Source: the human T2T-CHM13v2.0 reference genome, Homo sapiens. Taken from it: a DNA stretch of 64,000 nt. Under the pieces are notes generated by a model that was not told the DNA's origin, searched no databases, and worked only from the letters and a program-made list of their open reading frames with translations. Each line of letters starts with the position of its first letter. Position 1 is the stretch's first letter. The DNA lies in the NCBI RefSeq assembly GCF_009914755.1, contig NC_060927.1; one strand, given 5' to 3'. Both the position numbers and the translations under genes were made by a program. Below, piece by piece: positions 26,291 to 40,300 of this stretch.

Positions 26291-27151
26291 ACAGGTACAG
26301 TTCAGGATGAGTAACAGTTTATCTCCATGCTTAAAGTCTTGAAAGCCTACCACACTTCACAAACTGCTTACAGGAGAAGAGTTAAAAAAACAAATATGAT
26401 TGTGTCACTCATTTGCTTAGAAGACTTCTGACGTTTTTGAAGTCCCACTGTGGTAGAGGAAAAGGTTAAGGCTGTAGAAAAAGAGTGGCCTACTGACCAA
26501 GCGGTCAAGTTTATGCAAGGTTGGATTGTATGGATCTCACACAAAACAGAGGATTCCCCCTGGAGACAATGTTATACACGGAGCCATAAAGGGAAAGCAA
26601 GGCCACTTGAGGAAAGCTAAGGTTGATCCTTAGCTTTATTTATTTAATTTATTGTTTAAGAGATTTCTTTAAGATTTCCAAAATGATAAGTTCAGCAAAA
26701 ATATGTATGTTGCCTATATAGAAAAAAAATTGTTATTTTAAATATTATGCATCAAACTACGTGATTAGAGGCAACACAGATGATATGAAAATTAGAAAAT
26801 AATTTCTAATCAACAGAACAAATCCAAGGGCTAGAAATAAGATTGAAATGGTTTAGGGGCTGAGAAAGAGGTCAGGAGGACTGGAAGAACACCAGAATGT
26901 CAGACAATGTAAAGGCAATGTCCAAGGAGAACAGGCTTGGAACACGGAAAAAGTGAGAAAGAGAACTCTACGGTAATTACTGTGAGTGGGTATTCCTGTC
27001 CTGGTTTTTAATGGTTTGTGGATCAGGGAGACGTACAGGCCAGGGAATAGTGATTCCAACCTATTTCCAAACTCTTTACTATGACATACACATTAGTTAT
27101 CATCTAGACCCTGCCTTTTTCTCCACCTTTCTTCTTAGACAATTGGATATG

Positions 27152-27211
27152 TCTGAGAAGTCCCCAAAATCATGTGGTCTCTGAGAAGTCCCCAAAATCA
27201 TGTGGTCTCTG
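27152..27211. repeat. Perfect 28-bp tandem duplication
   Basis: TCTGAGAAGTCCCCAAAATCATGTGGTC x2, followed by TCTG. Confidence 0.97.
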
Positions 27212-27760
27212 TGTCTTTGCATAAGTTTCACCCAATAACTACCCAACTAACTGCATCTCTCACTCAGAACTTGGGTACCTCCTCACTCCTGCTCTAGCAG
27301 TTTGAGCCATGTTCTCTCCTAGTCCCTTGCCTTTACACATCACACCATGCTTCATTCTATATTGTCAGTGTAACTGTACTCATTCATATTCTCTCTAAGC
27401 TTTCGGAGTGCCAGGACTATGACTTCCTGCTTTTGTAGCCATCATTCCCTAGCACAGTGTATAGAAAATGCACACTTAATTAATGTTTGTTGGCTAAATG
27501 TTTACAGGTATAGACACGTGGCCCTGAAATATGTCACTAAAATCAAATAACACATGTCCCTTTTTCTTTTTCTATTAACAAAATTGGTAGTCCTAGCAAT
27601 TAGATAGCTCCCCTCCCCACCAAATACATGGTATACCTAAAAATGATAATGCCATATATTTTTATAACATTTCCAGTTTACACAATACTTTTATACCCCA
27701 TATCTCAAAGTGAAGAGAGCATTAGAATAGCTTTGAAGACACCAAATAACCACAAAACTA

Positions 27761-28111
<351 letters not shown>

Positions 28112-28711
28112 CTATGCTGGCTGGCTCTTACTGATATTGAAGAGGAAAGCCCTAAGTATTTCCAGTGACTGTAGGTGACATCAAAGACAAACAGGGAGCT
28201 ATACTCTCCCATACCCCTGCAAGGTCATAAAATTCCCAGGATGCCAGTAATTGTTTGGCTCTGGCTGAATGCATCTCCCAGTCATCTAGGACAGACCTCT
28301 CCTGGAAAAGGTCAATTCAACATAACATCCTTTATGTAAAGGGCTAAAGTATGTAGTGCTTTCTATTTCCTGGTTAGGGTCTCTTATCCTAATAGTCTCC
28401 CTAAATTTCAGGGTAATCCTTACTTAACTTTGAATAAGGGCCATGAAAAATATGTTTAACATTCTGTTGTATTACTTTAATAGGTAATGAACCAAACCTT
28501 TATAACTTGTCACATTGGTTCTTGTGGAATAAATATTTTTAATCCTCATTTTTAAACTATTATAGATTTATAGTATTTCAAAGCTATATTCTTATAGATA
28601 AAAATACAGGAATGTGAAAAATGAAGATAAGAATTCACAAAATAGTCAAAATTACAATATACAGAAGCTTTGCAACTATTCCTATTAAGAAATAAATATA
28701 TATGAACTCAC

Positions 28712-28779
28712 CTATATTTTAGCTTTACAGAATTTCCAGGTTTTCCCCATGGAAGAACTACAAAATCTTTTCTGTTCAT
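28712..28779 (-). CDS. ZBBX: ZBBX first coding exon (coding part, aa 1-23 [23 protein letters not shown]); whole exon 28712-28828
   Basis: ATG at 28779 (ATC ATG A) with an in-frame upstream TAA. Acceptor ttcttttgtctttgttacttttacag| before 28828; donor AG|GTGAGT. Translation matches the recalled ZBBX N-terminus. Confidence 0.95.
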
Positions 28780-28973
28780 GATTACCACCTTAATATTGTC
28801 TAAAAGTTATTCTGATTTGTAAACACTTCTGTAAAAGTAACAAAGACAAAAGAATTATGGCAGAGGTGAAGCAGTATAAGTTACAAATTCAAAACTCCAT
28901 ATAATTCAGGAATGTTTTTAAAACCTTATGAGCAAAAAGGCTGAATCAAAATTTAAACAGCAAAAATTATACA

Positions 28974-29254
28974 CTGTTAGCCCTTTGTCCCCTTCAGCCA
29001 CATATCAACCAGATAATCAAAAATATTAGAATAAAAAATACAAAAAAAGTACAACTATTTACATAGCATTTATACTGTATTAAGTATTATAAGTAAGCAA
29101 GAGCTGATTTAAAGTATACAGTAGGTTATGTGTAGGCTATATGCAAATACTATGCCATTTTATATAAGGAACCTGAGCATCCTAGGATTTTGGTGTTTGC
29201 AGGGTGTGAGGGAGTTACTGGAACCAGTCTCCTGTGGAAACCTAGAAATGACTG
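28974..29254. mobile_element. Tigger4 (MER46/Zombi)-type DNA transposon
   Basis: aactatttacatagcattta...atatgcaaatactatgccattttatataagg...tggaacca...gactgta. Confidence 0.75.
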
Positions 29255-29342
29255 TATTTTAAGTTATGTAACTATTTATGTGCTAATAAAGTTAGAAATG
29301 TAACACGTCTGATGGAATTAAAATTTCACCAATATTTATGTA

Positions 29343-29814
29343 CAGCTGACCCTTCAACAACATAAGGGTTAGGGGCACCAATCCCCCAAAAATCTGTGTA
29401 CAACTTCTAATTTCCCCCAAATTTTACTATTAACTTATTGTTCATCAGAAGCCTTACTGATAACATAATCAATGAATATATTATGCATGTTATATGTATG
29501 TACATACTATATTCTTTTAAAAAGTAAGCTAGATAACAGAAAATGTTATTGAGAAAATCATAAAGAAGAGAAAATATATTTACTATTTATTAAGTGGAAG
29601 TGAATCATGATCAGGGGCTTCACATTGAGCAGGCTGAGGAAGACGAAGATGAAGAGGAGTTGGTCCTGTCTCAGGAGTGGCAGAGATGGAAGTGGTAGAC
29701 GACATGGAAGGGAAAGCAAGAGGGACAGGCACACAAGTGTAACTATTATTTTTTAAAAAATTATTTATAAGTGGATATGCACAGTTCAAACCTATGATGT
29801 TCAAGGGTAAACTG
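29343..29814 (-). mobile_element. Tigger2-family non-autonomous element
   Basis: TIRs CAGCTGACCCTTCAACA ... TGTTCAAGGGTAAACTG, with TA target duplication on both sides. Confidence 0.88.
29584..29665 (-). other. ZBBX: Candidate ZBBX 5' UTR exon exonized from a Tigger2 element (82 nt)
   Basis: Pyrimidine-rich stretch then cctgagacag|GACC; donor ATA|GTAAAT (weak). Confidence 0.5.
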
Positions 29815-31059
29815 TATAGCAAAAGACTAGGGAAATAGTCAACTAAAAGTGAAGGATACATTCATTAAAACAAACTAAAGCACATATTCTGGCTCTTTCT
29901 ATTGCTAAGGCTATAAAAGTATACCAAGTATTTGTTCTATCTAAAAATAATATCCAAGGCCGTGCAGAGAGAAACGAAAAGAATCTTTGAGATACAATCT
30001 AAACCCAATATCCTTTTTATATATATATATGGTTATATAAAATGAAAATTAAGGTATGTAATAATTACCCAAAGGCATTCTAATATCCTCATTTATCAAA
30101 GAAAATTTTAATGATACTCTTTGGCTCAGATCAGAAATTAGCATATTTTAGAAAGAATTTTTCAACAAGAAACAAAAAGGATTTTCTGCTTAACTTTGAG
30201 TTAACCAGAAAATAAAATTATTCAGAACACCCTGTTTCCCAAGTATCCCAATTATTCATGGTTCTATAATAATTTACTCTGTAATGCTGAATTACTAAAT
30301 CACATGAACAACTATTAGATTTTTATAGGAATAAAAATTTCCAAGTTCTAAGAGCTTTTAAAGAAATATGAGTCAATATTATAGTGACCATAGACTTAAA
30401 TGCCCACACCATTTGATGCTGTCATTTATATATGTGTTCCTATGTGTGTGCTCATAACCACAATAAACATTTATTAAGGTTCTGCTATATACAAGGCAAT
30501 GTGCTGAGAGGTATGGAGAGGAGTCAAGGCCCAGGGAGGTTTGTTTTCTGAGCTCAAATGGTTTAGAGTCAAATAGGGCATATAGGACCCTAAATATAAA
30601 AGCCATAAAACAAGGTAAAAATTATAAGGGCTATAAAATTTATACATGTGATAATATAGGAAGTGAAAGAAAAGAGAGAATTCAGCTGGCTAGCATTTAA
30701 GTAAAGCTTTGAAGGAGAAAGGAGGCTTACAGATAAAGATATGGATTAGATGAACAATCCATACTGTTGGAAAGAATAGCTCTTGGATAAGGGACTAATG
30801 AATAGTTACACTTGCTTGGTGTGCAGGTTACGTGGAAGAAAAAAAATAAACATGAGTTTAGATATAGTGGCTGAGGCCCAATAATGAGTGGCTTTAAATG
30901 TCAAGTTTATAGCATTTGGAATTTATTCTGTAGCTAACAAGAGTCTAATGGGATTTAGCAGGGAAAACGTAAGTCTAGAAGCTTTGCTCTAAGACTTAAG
31001 GAAGGACAGCACCAAAACTGGAGTTACCTAATAAAAGGCTATTGTGACATCAAAGTCTA

Positions 31060-31672
<613 letters not shown>

Positions 31673-33699
31673 CTAGGAATTTATTCTCTAAATATAATTG
31701 CAAAATGGAATTACACAAAATAATTACTACATTTTAAATAAGGTAGCGGTTGCCTTATGGGACTAGTTATGTTTGTACCTTCAATCCACAAACATGTATT
31801 TAACTGTTCCTTTGTGATCCCTATTAGTGGTCCCAGGTATTGAAGTCATGATGGCAAATAAGCCGTGGTGTCTTCCCTTGAGGCCCTCACAATCAAGGGG
31901 AAATCCACAAAAGCAACCACAATATCATGGGGCATTTTGATAGAAGAATCTACAGCAGGCGTCTCACTCAGACTCAATTTTCAACCACCAAGTCCTGTCT
32001 CTCAAAGCTAAATTAAGTGTCAACAAGAAATAAAGATACCATAGGAATGGCAAACTAAGATTTGGTTTGCTTTTTGGGAGGGAGGTGGTAGCATTTTCAA
32101 ATGTAATTCTCTTTTTTCTCCCTCATTTTTGTAGGTAGTATATTTGTCCCATTTTCATCAAATAGCAGCTACCAAAGGCACCTTTCAAAAACCTCCAGGA
32201 ATAATCCTGCTCCATAACATGGAATCTGTATTGCTTTCTGATCATATTCAGGGAATCCAAATACTGGCCTCTTGCCTACAATTGATAACTTTGTCACAAA
32301 AACTTCCATAATGTTATTATTATCATTAAAGAGATAAAATAATTTCCAAAGTTAATCTGTCTGATTATTAAAATAATCTAAATAATCTAAATTGCTATAA
32401 TTTTGCTTACACATTGAGATATACAATATAATTTTATGTGTATGTACATATATAAAGCTAAACTGATATATGATTGATTTTACTGATACAAAAAATGAAC
32501 GAACTTCTGTAAATCTCATTACAATAAGATGACTCAGATTTATAGCTCTGCTGATAATGTTATTTAACCAATAAATGGTCTTATTCAAGGGGGATTTCAC
32601 TTCACTGAATGCAATTAGTAAGGCTTCTTCTCAATTACATATTTTATCTAGTCACCTACATAAGCTAATTTCCTTGTATGAAGAAAAAGGGGAGATTATA
32701 ATTCTGAGTCATATTATTCTGCCTGTTTCCTTTTGTAAAGCCAACAGAGAATTTAGTCACCTTTCTGGGGATAGCAAGGATATAACAATGTCAGCAGCAA
32801 GAATAGCAAAGCACAAAATTTTAGACACCTAATAAAACCAGAGGAATACAGATAAACTCCTTACTATGCAAAACTTATACTTCCTTGTGTCTTTTGGTCA
32901 TTCAGTTTTTTTTATAACTAAATACCAAAAATTTAGTAGTGATTTGGAAAAATTTCTAGTTACCTGATTTATTAGACTACATTATTTTTCTGTCTACAAC
33001 CCCATTTTTCCTCACACAAAATACCCAATATAACCCAAAATTGTCCATGATGGTTTGATGATCCTTCTACACATGTTCCTATTTTGAGAAAGCAACCCAC
33101 ACATCAAAACCTACTGCCACAGAATGGAAACAAGGAACGTACAATGCTCTATACAGGTAGAAACTCAGAGCATTCAGCCAGAGGTGCAAGAGAACACCAT
33201 TGGCAGAATGGGAGGTTTGGGAAACCACTGTTTACAAGATGGGCCACTTTTTGTAACTGAAAACTTATCTAAGTTTAGTTAATTCTTCTAATGACTCAGA
33301 TCATGCTAGGCACAAGACTTAAAAACCATACCATAAATAGGGATTTTCCCTTACTGTAGCAATATTTTGAAATGGTCTAATTAGCAAACAACTTTGGGTG
33401 AATTAACATGTTTAGGCATTTAGTACCATAGTACTTAGAAATCAGAGACCCAAGAAAGAAATGTTAAATGAGAATTTAAAATAGTTGCTTTTAATAATTA
33501 AAAGAATTTTACTTTTCACATTTCTTCTATCTGTAATTATCCTTATTTTAAATATATATATTTTTTAAAATATTTAAAAAATTATAAGGCAAGAACTGAT
33601 AATACATGATTTCTAGAATAGTATCTTGTGCTGGAGTGTCCTACTAAATAAATGTGTGCCACATTCTCATAGCAAAAGCTCTAAAAGTAAAGCAGGTAT

Positions 33700-34069
33700 T
33701 GATATAGTTTGGCTGTGTCTCCACCCAAATCTCATCTTGAATTGTAATCCCCATAATTCCCACATGTGGTGGGAGGGCCCTGGTAGGAGATAATTGAATC
33801 ATGGGGACAGTTTCCCCCACGCTATTTTCGTGATAGTAAGTTCTCATGAGATCTGATGGTTTTATAAGGGCTATCCCCTTTCACTTAGCTGTCATCCTTC
33901 TCTTTCCTGCCACCATGTGAAGAAGGATGTGTTTGCTTTCCTTTCTGCCATGATTATAAGTTTCCTGAGGCCTCCCCAGCCCTGCAGAACTGTGAATCAA
34001 ACCTCTTTCCTTTGTAAATAACCCAGTCTTGGGTATTTCTTCATAGCAGTGTGAGAATGGACTAATATA
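33700..34069 (+). mobile_element. THE1 (MaLR) solo LTR, antisense to ZBBX
   Basis: TGATATAGTTTGGCTGTGTC...GGACTAATATA with 5-bp TSD GGTAT on both sides. Confidence 0.95.
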
Positions 34070-34522
34070 GGTATTGACTTCAGGTTGCATTCAATCTTTC
34101 AGCCAAACAAGATATCTGATAGTAAAATACTGCTTCAAGGTGCTAAATGGTACCCAAGTTGCCCATTTTTTATGCTCTATAGGCAGGTTCTCTTGAGAAC
34201 AACTGAGAAACTTTGCCTTTAGATATCAAGGGACAAGATACCATTTTAAAATACTTTTGATTAAAAATAATAAACAATATTAAAAGGCACTGAATTTAAG
34301 GTCAGAAAACCTAGGTAGACTAAATTCACTGGATTTAAAGTCATAAGATCTTTGTGTGATAGAAATCTCTGAGCTTCAGCTTATCCATGTAGAAAATGGT
34401 AAGGATCCTCTCCCCCTCTAATTTGCAGGATATTAAACAAAAGGTGTCTGATTTGTGACTTGACTTGTCAAGCTGTGGGCTTCTATAAGACCTCCAGAGA
34501 GCTCACGGTTCAGGGAAAGGGG

Positions 34523-34575
34523 CAGCCTTAGAAACTACCTAGAGAAGGCACAGCCTTAGAAACTACCTAGAGAAG
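34523..34575. repeat. Tandem duplication, 25-bp identical core, period 28
   Basis: CAGCCTTAGAAACTACCTAGAGAAG at 34523 and 34551. Confidence 0.95.
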
Positions 34576-35515
34576 AAAATGGAGCATCAAGATTGTGCTT
34601 TACCCTTAGCATCTCTGCTTTCATCTTTTTTACATAATGAGCTTTAGTGTTTACCTCTCTGCTCACCAAGTTTTATTCTACTCAATGCTCAATTCGAAGG
34701 CTGCCTGTATCATGAAGATTCCCTCCATCGAAACCGAGCTTCTCCTTGTATAGAAAGACCATGTTTATTAAACTCATTTGCTATTGTATGTTACCTTGTG
34801 TTATTTTTTGCATCTTTGTTTATATAGATTTTGTTTCCCTAAGTAGCCCAAATATTTGAGAGTGGTCCTACCATTGACCTTTGAAACCCCAGCAATCAAT
34901 ACAGTCCCTATACATAATGTAGTGCCAATAATAATGTGCTAAGTATGTAATTTTTTTTCTACTGCTTTTAGTTTTTTGCACAACCTACCCTACGGAAAAA
35001 ATTAAACACGCCCTCTTTCCCACTTCAACTAAACTTTTTGTTTTCTTTTTTCCATGTTTCCTAACGATCTTGATGAGCAATCAACAAATATACATTGAAC
35101 ACTCTCTCCCTGCCAGGTGTCAGGTTAAGCACTGAGGATCAAGGTCAACCAGACAGGTATAATACCAGTCTTCACTGAACTTACACTCTGGTGAAGGAAG
35201 TAGGTAAAAATTAAAAAGCGAATAAAATAATTGCAAGAATTATTAAGTGTCTTGAAAGACATAAAGGAACTACTTTCAAACAATTCATTTGTAATACAAT
35301 TGGTAAAATTATGACAGGTCAGGGCAGCCCTCTGTGTAGACTATAAGATAAGCTAAATTGGAGAAAGGCAGAGGGAGTCATTACATTTGCATAAGCATAC
35401 AGTTTGTATAATTTTAATCCTGTGTAGTTTCAACTTTACTATATTTTTTAATGAGCCTTGTTAACTTTAGATTTTAAGTCAAGCTATAAAATATATATAA
35501 CTGAACCTTACATAC

Positions 35516-35670
35516 CTGAGTCCCTCTACTGCTGATTTTGGGAAGAAAAAATAAACTTCCACATCTTCAGATTTCTCAGGAATCGGGCACCCCGCACCAT
35601 AGCCCTTACTTGTGAGGAGTAGACTTCAAGAAGTAAGTGGGTGCATGTGAACGCGCAGGCAGACTAAAGG
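35516..35670 (-). other. ZBBX: ZBBX 5' UTR exon (155 nt)
   Basis: Acceptor tttcatccccttttgtag|, donor CAG|GTATGT; possible internal donor CAA|GTAAGG at 35610. Confidence 0.65.
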
Positions 35671-36124
35671 CTACAAAAGGGGATGAAATATGGTTTCTCA
35701 GGGTGCCAAATTTTTCATAAGGTGCAAATGACTTCAAAGGATAAAAGGGGCTAGTATTTGAAAGGGTCGGGCTGCAGAAGGGGTACAACTGATGAAGTCC
35801 CCAATTTCACTGTCTGGGGTTCACTCTTGATTCATTTATCCATTAGCATTTTGGGCTGGGAAGTCTTTGGTGTATACCAAAGGCTTTCAACTCCTGAGGC
35901 CAGGGCCCCGTCCTGCTGCCTGCAGGCCTGGCACTATGTCAGCCTATGGCAGGGGCTCAGCAAACACTTGCTGGGCCGGTGCCTCCAGCTCCACCCGAGC
36001 TGAGTCTGCTTCCCAGCCGCGCTGCCCGCTCTGCTCCCCGCACCAACTAGCCCGGGCTTGCTGCCCGCTAGGCGGACTCAGAGACCATCCTCCCCTCTCA
36101 TCCACCCGCAGACAGACAACCCAC

Positions 36125-36283
36125 CTGGAGACCCCAGCCTCTCGCGTCACCACCGCCGGATGGCCGCGGATAGCTGCCGGGAGTTTCCGTCTTGGTCTCC
36201 TTGGTTACCGCGTTACCTCGGTACCCATAGCAACCAGAAAGCTGGGTTCTGCCACTGTCCGCCGGCAGAGGGCGAAAAGGAGC
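36125..36283 (-). other. ZBBX: ZBBX 5' UTR exon in the CpG island (first exon from a proximal TSS, or internal exon via the acceptor at 36283)
   Basis: Donor CAG|GTGGGT at 36125; acceptor ttctctctcatttcgcag| before 36283. TSS position cannot be read from sequence. Confidence 0.7.
36195..36234. promoter_or_regulatory. Cluster of three RFX X-box-like motifs
   Basis: GTCTCCTTGGTTAC (36195-36208), GTTACCTCGGTACC (36212-36225) and GTACCCATAGCAAC (36221-36234) resemble GTTNCCATGGNAAC. Confidence 0.75.
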
Positions 36284-36743
36284 CTGCGAAATGAGAGAGA
36301 ATGGTGATCACAGGAAGGAAAAGGGCGGAAAAACTCAACAGGCTCTGGAAGCTTTCCGCCAGAGAGGATCTTGGAGATTATGTATGTGCTAAACCTGAGC
36401 ATGTGTCATATTCCAAGCACAAGTGAGAGACTTATATGTCATATTTGATTCTTCCTCATAGCAAGCCAGCTTAAATCTAAAAAAATTAAGGCACAAAAAA
36501 TTTGACTATCTTAATCCAAAATTACAAAGCTAGCAAATGGCAGACCTACAAATTAATTCAAGGAGTTTAGTCTCAGAACTCCCACATTTATGCTATGTTT
36601 AAATGATTTATCAATGGCTACCATAGGCAAAGTCAATAGAGATTCCAGGTCTCTTCAAAAGTCCAGAACTCTCTTTTCTTTGTACCGAATACATGACCCG
36701 TGGAGTCTAATGGGTATAAAACAAAAAGCAAAAGCAAATATAT

Positions 36744-36744
<1 letters not shown>

Positions 36745-36790
<46 letters not shown>
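36745..36790. repeat. (CA)23 microsatellite
   Basis: Directly visible, about 0.5 kb upstream of the CpG island relative to ZBBX. Confidence 0.98.
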
Positions 36791-36793
<3 letters not shown>

Positions 36794-37129
36794 AACCCAC
36801 AATTCTCAACTCAACTCTTCCGAACAAAGCTGCACCTGTAGTGAATTTATCTTTGGCTTCCTAAATATGCTGTTTTTTATCTCCCTTTTTAAATACTGCA
36901 AGTAGGATGTGTGGTTGGTACTGCACTGTATAGGCTTCTATGCTTAACCACATTGCATCTGTCTCGGTACCAGACTAACAATCCTAACTATTACAGTTAA
37001 TGTACTAATCTTTACACCATTAGTTTTGACATTACTATGCCTGCCAATACCCATTTAAAAAAAAATAATGATTTCACTTGGCATATTCAATTATATAAGA
37101 TTACAACCACTATGGATAAGAGAAGACAA

Positions 37130-37370
37130 TGGTAGTCTTCTGGTTATAAGTCTGGATTTTGGAGTCAGGCAGATTCAAGATTGAGTGCCAGTACTGCCAC
37201 AACTTACCTGCTGTGTGACCATGAGCAAGTAACAATGCTCAGTCTAACTGCTTAAATGAGATAACAGTACAGTTAGTCCATACGTAATGTAGTATGGAAG
37301 AGTAAATGAAACAATAAATATTAAGTATTTAGCTCTAAGCCAGGCCCATATTGAGTGCTTAATAAACAGT
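37130..37370 (+). mobile_element. MIR
   Basis: ttggagtcaggcaga...ctgccac.acttac.tgctgtgtgacc.tgagcaagt. Confidence 0.75.
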
Positions 37371-40300
37371 AAGAAACAGTGGTGCTGGTGTGGCTATGAT
37401 GGTTGCTATTAACGTGTTCATGGTATAACTTTACCACGTCCTTCCTTTAACTTTAATACAAGAACTAGTTTCAGGTGGATGTGCGATACTACTGGTTTTC
37501 TTGCACAGACTATTTCCCATACAGGCGCGCTCTTCAAATTACCAAAGATATTTTCAGCTTTCGTCCATTTACTGATCTATTCATTTATTTATTTATTCCA
37601 CAAATATTTATTGAAAGTCCATTTCCTAGATCCCAAAAATACTGGAGTGAAGAAATCGTCAAAGCCCCTCCTATTTTCAAATATATTTTAACAGGAGCAG
37701 AAAGGCAATAAACAAGTATAAATGCATGTCAGCTGCTATGAAGAAAACTAAAGCCAAATAAAGAAATAGAAACTAATTGAGTTCTGTTTTAGGGTAGATG
37801 GCCAGGGAAGTATCTGAATGCAAGGAAAGAGAAAGACATGGGCCACTAGAGGAAGAAACAGTCCAGAGAGAACAGTAAACACATGTCAATTATGTCCCAG
37901 TAAAGATTATTTTGCAAATAACTTCTCCTCACTTCTACAAAGGACTTTTACTCCAAAAAATGATTCTTACAATGCATTTACTTACACAATAGTAAAATTA
38001 AACTCATAAAAATAATGTATAAAGTATTCTTGCACTTTTTGAAAGCATTAAAAGAACATTATCTTATATTTAGAAAAATAGCTTATGCACAGTTATGAAA
38101 AGGCAAAGCAGAGACAAAAACTAAGCCTATGCTAAGTCACATAGTAAAATAAAAAGTATGAAGTGCTTGTCTTTCAGAATGATGATTAGTGACAAAATGA
38201 AATGAAACATGTCAAAACAATTACAGCTCTAGAGAGATGATATTCTCTCCACTGAAGTAAAATGCGTTTAACTGGCACACCAGCAATGCCGCACACAGTT
38301 TACCACAACTATATCAAGAGCACAGTATTCCTGAGGGTTTTTCCAAACTCATGCTTCTTTGTGCCACAGTGGAGACAAGGTTTGAATACAAGTTTTCTGA
38401 ACTGGAGATATTCAATTTAAAGAGATAAAAATTACCGGCAATGCAGAAATTAAGAGCACAGATTTACATGACTCATTTTACTAAGCTTGAAATAAGGGTC
38501 AGGGACTGTAAACAAGCATTATCCAAAACTTAGAAATAAGGTAAAGCCAAAAACAGCATGTCTTTTCAATGCCATACTAGAATACTGTTTAAGATAATCT
38601 GAGCATTACATGATTTTCTAAAAAAAAGTGTTGCTTTTCTTATCATTAACTATTGATAAAGTCTCTGTGTAATGTTGTATGTTTATTTGAAGATTTTTTC
38701 ACCTGCATTTTTCATATCATTTGTATCTGGATATGTAAATAATGTCTTTCCTTTAAATAAAATAATTTCAAAGCTAATGGTTTTATTGCACTATACAACT
38801 TTAACCAGTTTTGTATCTAACCTAGAAATCTCATACTAATATTTTATCTCAATTCCTATATACAGTCAGCTACCAAATTTTCTTTGAACCAGCTTTACCA
38901 TTCTAATAATTCCGTCCTTAATGAATTAAACTGTATCACATGTATATTCTCTACTTAAAGAATATCTTGTTTTTAAGTATTGCAATTATATTTTGATAAT
39001 ACCAAACCTTTGGAAGAAAATGGGACAAATATCATATCTGCAGCTTTCCAGAAGTATTCTCTCAATTTCCATTTGCTCTTTGGCCCTTCAGATTCTTTTA
39101 TAGGCAAAAGTTTGTGGGCATTTCAAGGTAGCAAAACCAAATTCCTACCATCTCCTTTTTTACAAGCCCTGAAATGTGGTTTTACTTTTACATGAAGCAT
39201 CTACTTTCTTTATGCCTTGGTAAATGCTAAATATAACATCCTATTACATATGTATGGGGTTTTTCAACTTGTCAAGAAAACTGAGCTTTAGAGACAACAT
39301 AAAATTACAAAAAATCCTTAGCAAAAACCAAATTAGTATGATATAAATATATTTAAATGCATCCGAATGGCTAAACTTGAGGAAGAATAAAAAGAAACTT
39401 AGAGTTAAGAGGTGACATTGGCCTTTTATAATTTTTCTCGGCTTTGTAATTTCTGCCTATCATCCATGACACAGAATTTCTAAGCAAATAAATTTTCATA
39501 ACACAAGGCAATTATTACTGATGCTTCACAAATGGAGGAGAATCATCAGGGCCTATGATAAATTTTCGATTCCTGCAATGTGCAGTGTCTTCCAAATTGA
39601 AAAATAAATGTATAGCCTTGTTGAATGAGCATAGTTAAATTTAATCAACATTTATTCAACACCTGTTCTATTCCAGGCACGGCCCTAAGATAGGTACAAA
39701 GGTGAACAAAGACACCGTCTCTGTCCTTGAGTAATTCAAGTGAGAGTTTGCAACTAATTAATATGTAATGTATTAAGTACTACGTTCAAAAAGAATGGGA
39801 GCATTACATGTTTGTGGCATGGGCAGAATTTCTAGTTGGTTCAAACATAGTATATGTGGCAAAAAGATAAGAATGAAAAGTTGTGCTAGGAGCACATTAA
39901 AAAGCACTTTGAATGTTACCCTATTCACAATGGAAACTGTGAAATTTTCTTTTCTTCTCTCCTCTTAATACCCTCAAATAATTTTTAAAGCAGATCTTTA
40001 AGCATCTCAGTATGTGTATAGCCGCATCTTTCAAGGGTAATTCTGGTGGCAATGTAAAAATAGAGCAAGTGGAAAAGAGGAGGACAAGAGACACTTTTAA
40101 AATATGGTTATATTAGTCCAAGATAGAAATAATAAGTCTTGAATAAATCAAGGCAGAGGGCAGAGGCCAAGTGAAACAGTTTCAAAGGATTTTGTAAACT
40201 CTCAATAGGGCTTGGAAAGTACAGATACATGGTTAGCTAGGAATATGGAACAGAGCTGCTTGTCTCTACATTTGATAGCTTGGTAAATAAGTAGATGGTA

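Larger units (their letters stand above)
35900..36330. promoter_or_regulatory. CpG island / proximal ZBBX promoter
   Basis: The only GC- and CpG-dense stretch in an AT-rich window; lies upstream of the ZBBX exons. Confidence 0.85.

Noticed and set aside
35867-36307. 146-aa plus-strand ORF in the CpG island
   Set aside because: Non-ATG start, stop-poor GC-rich DNA, no recognisable domain.
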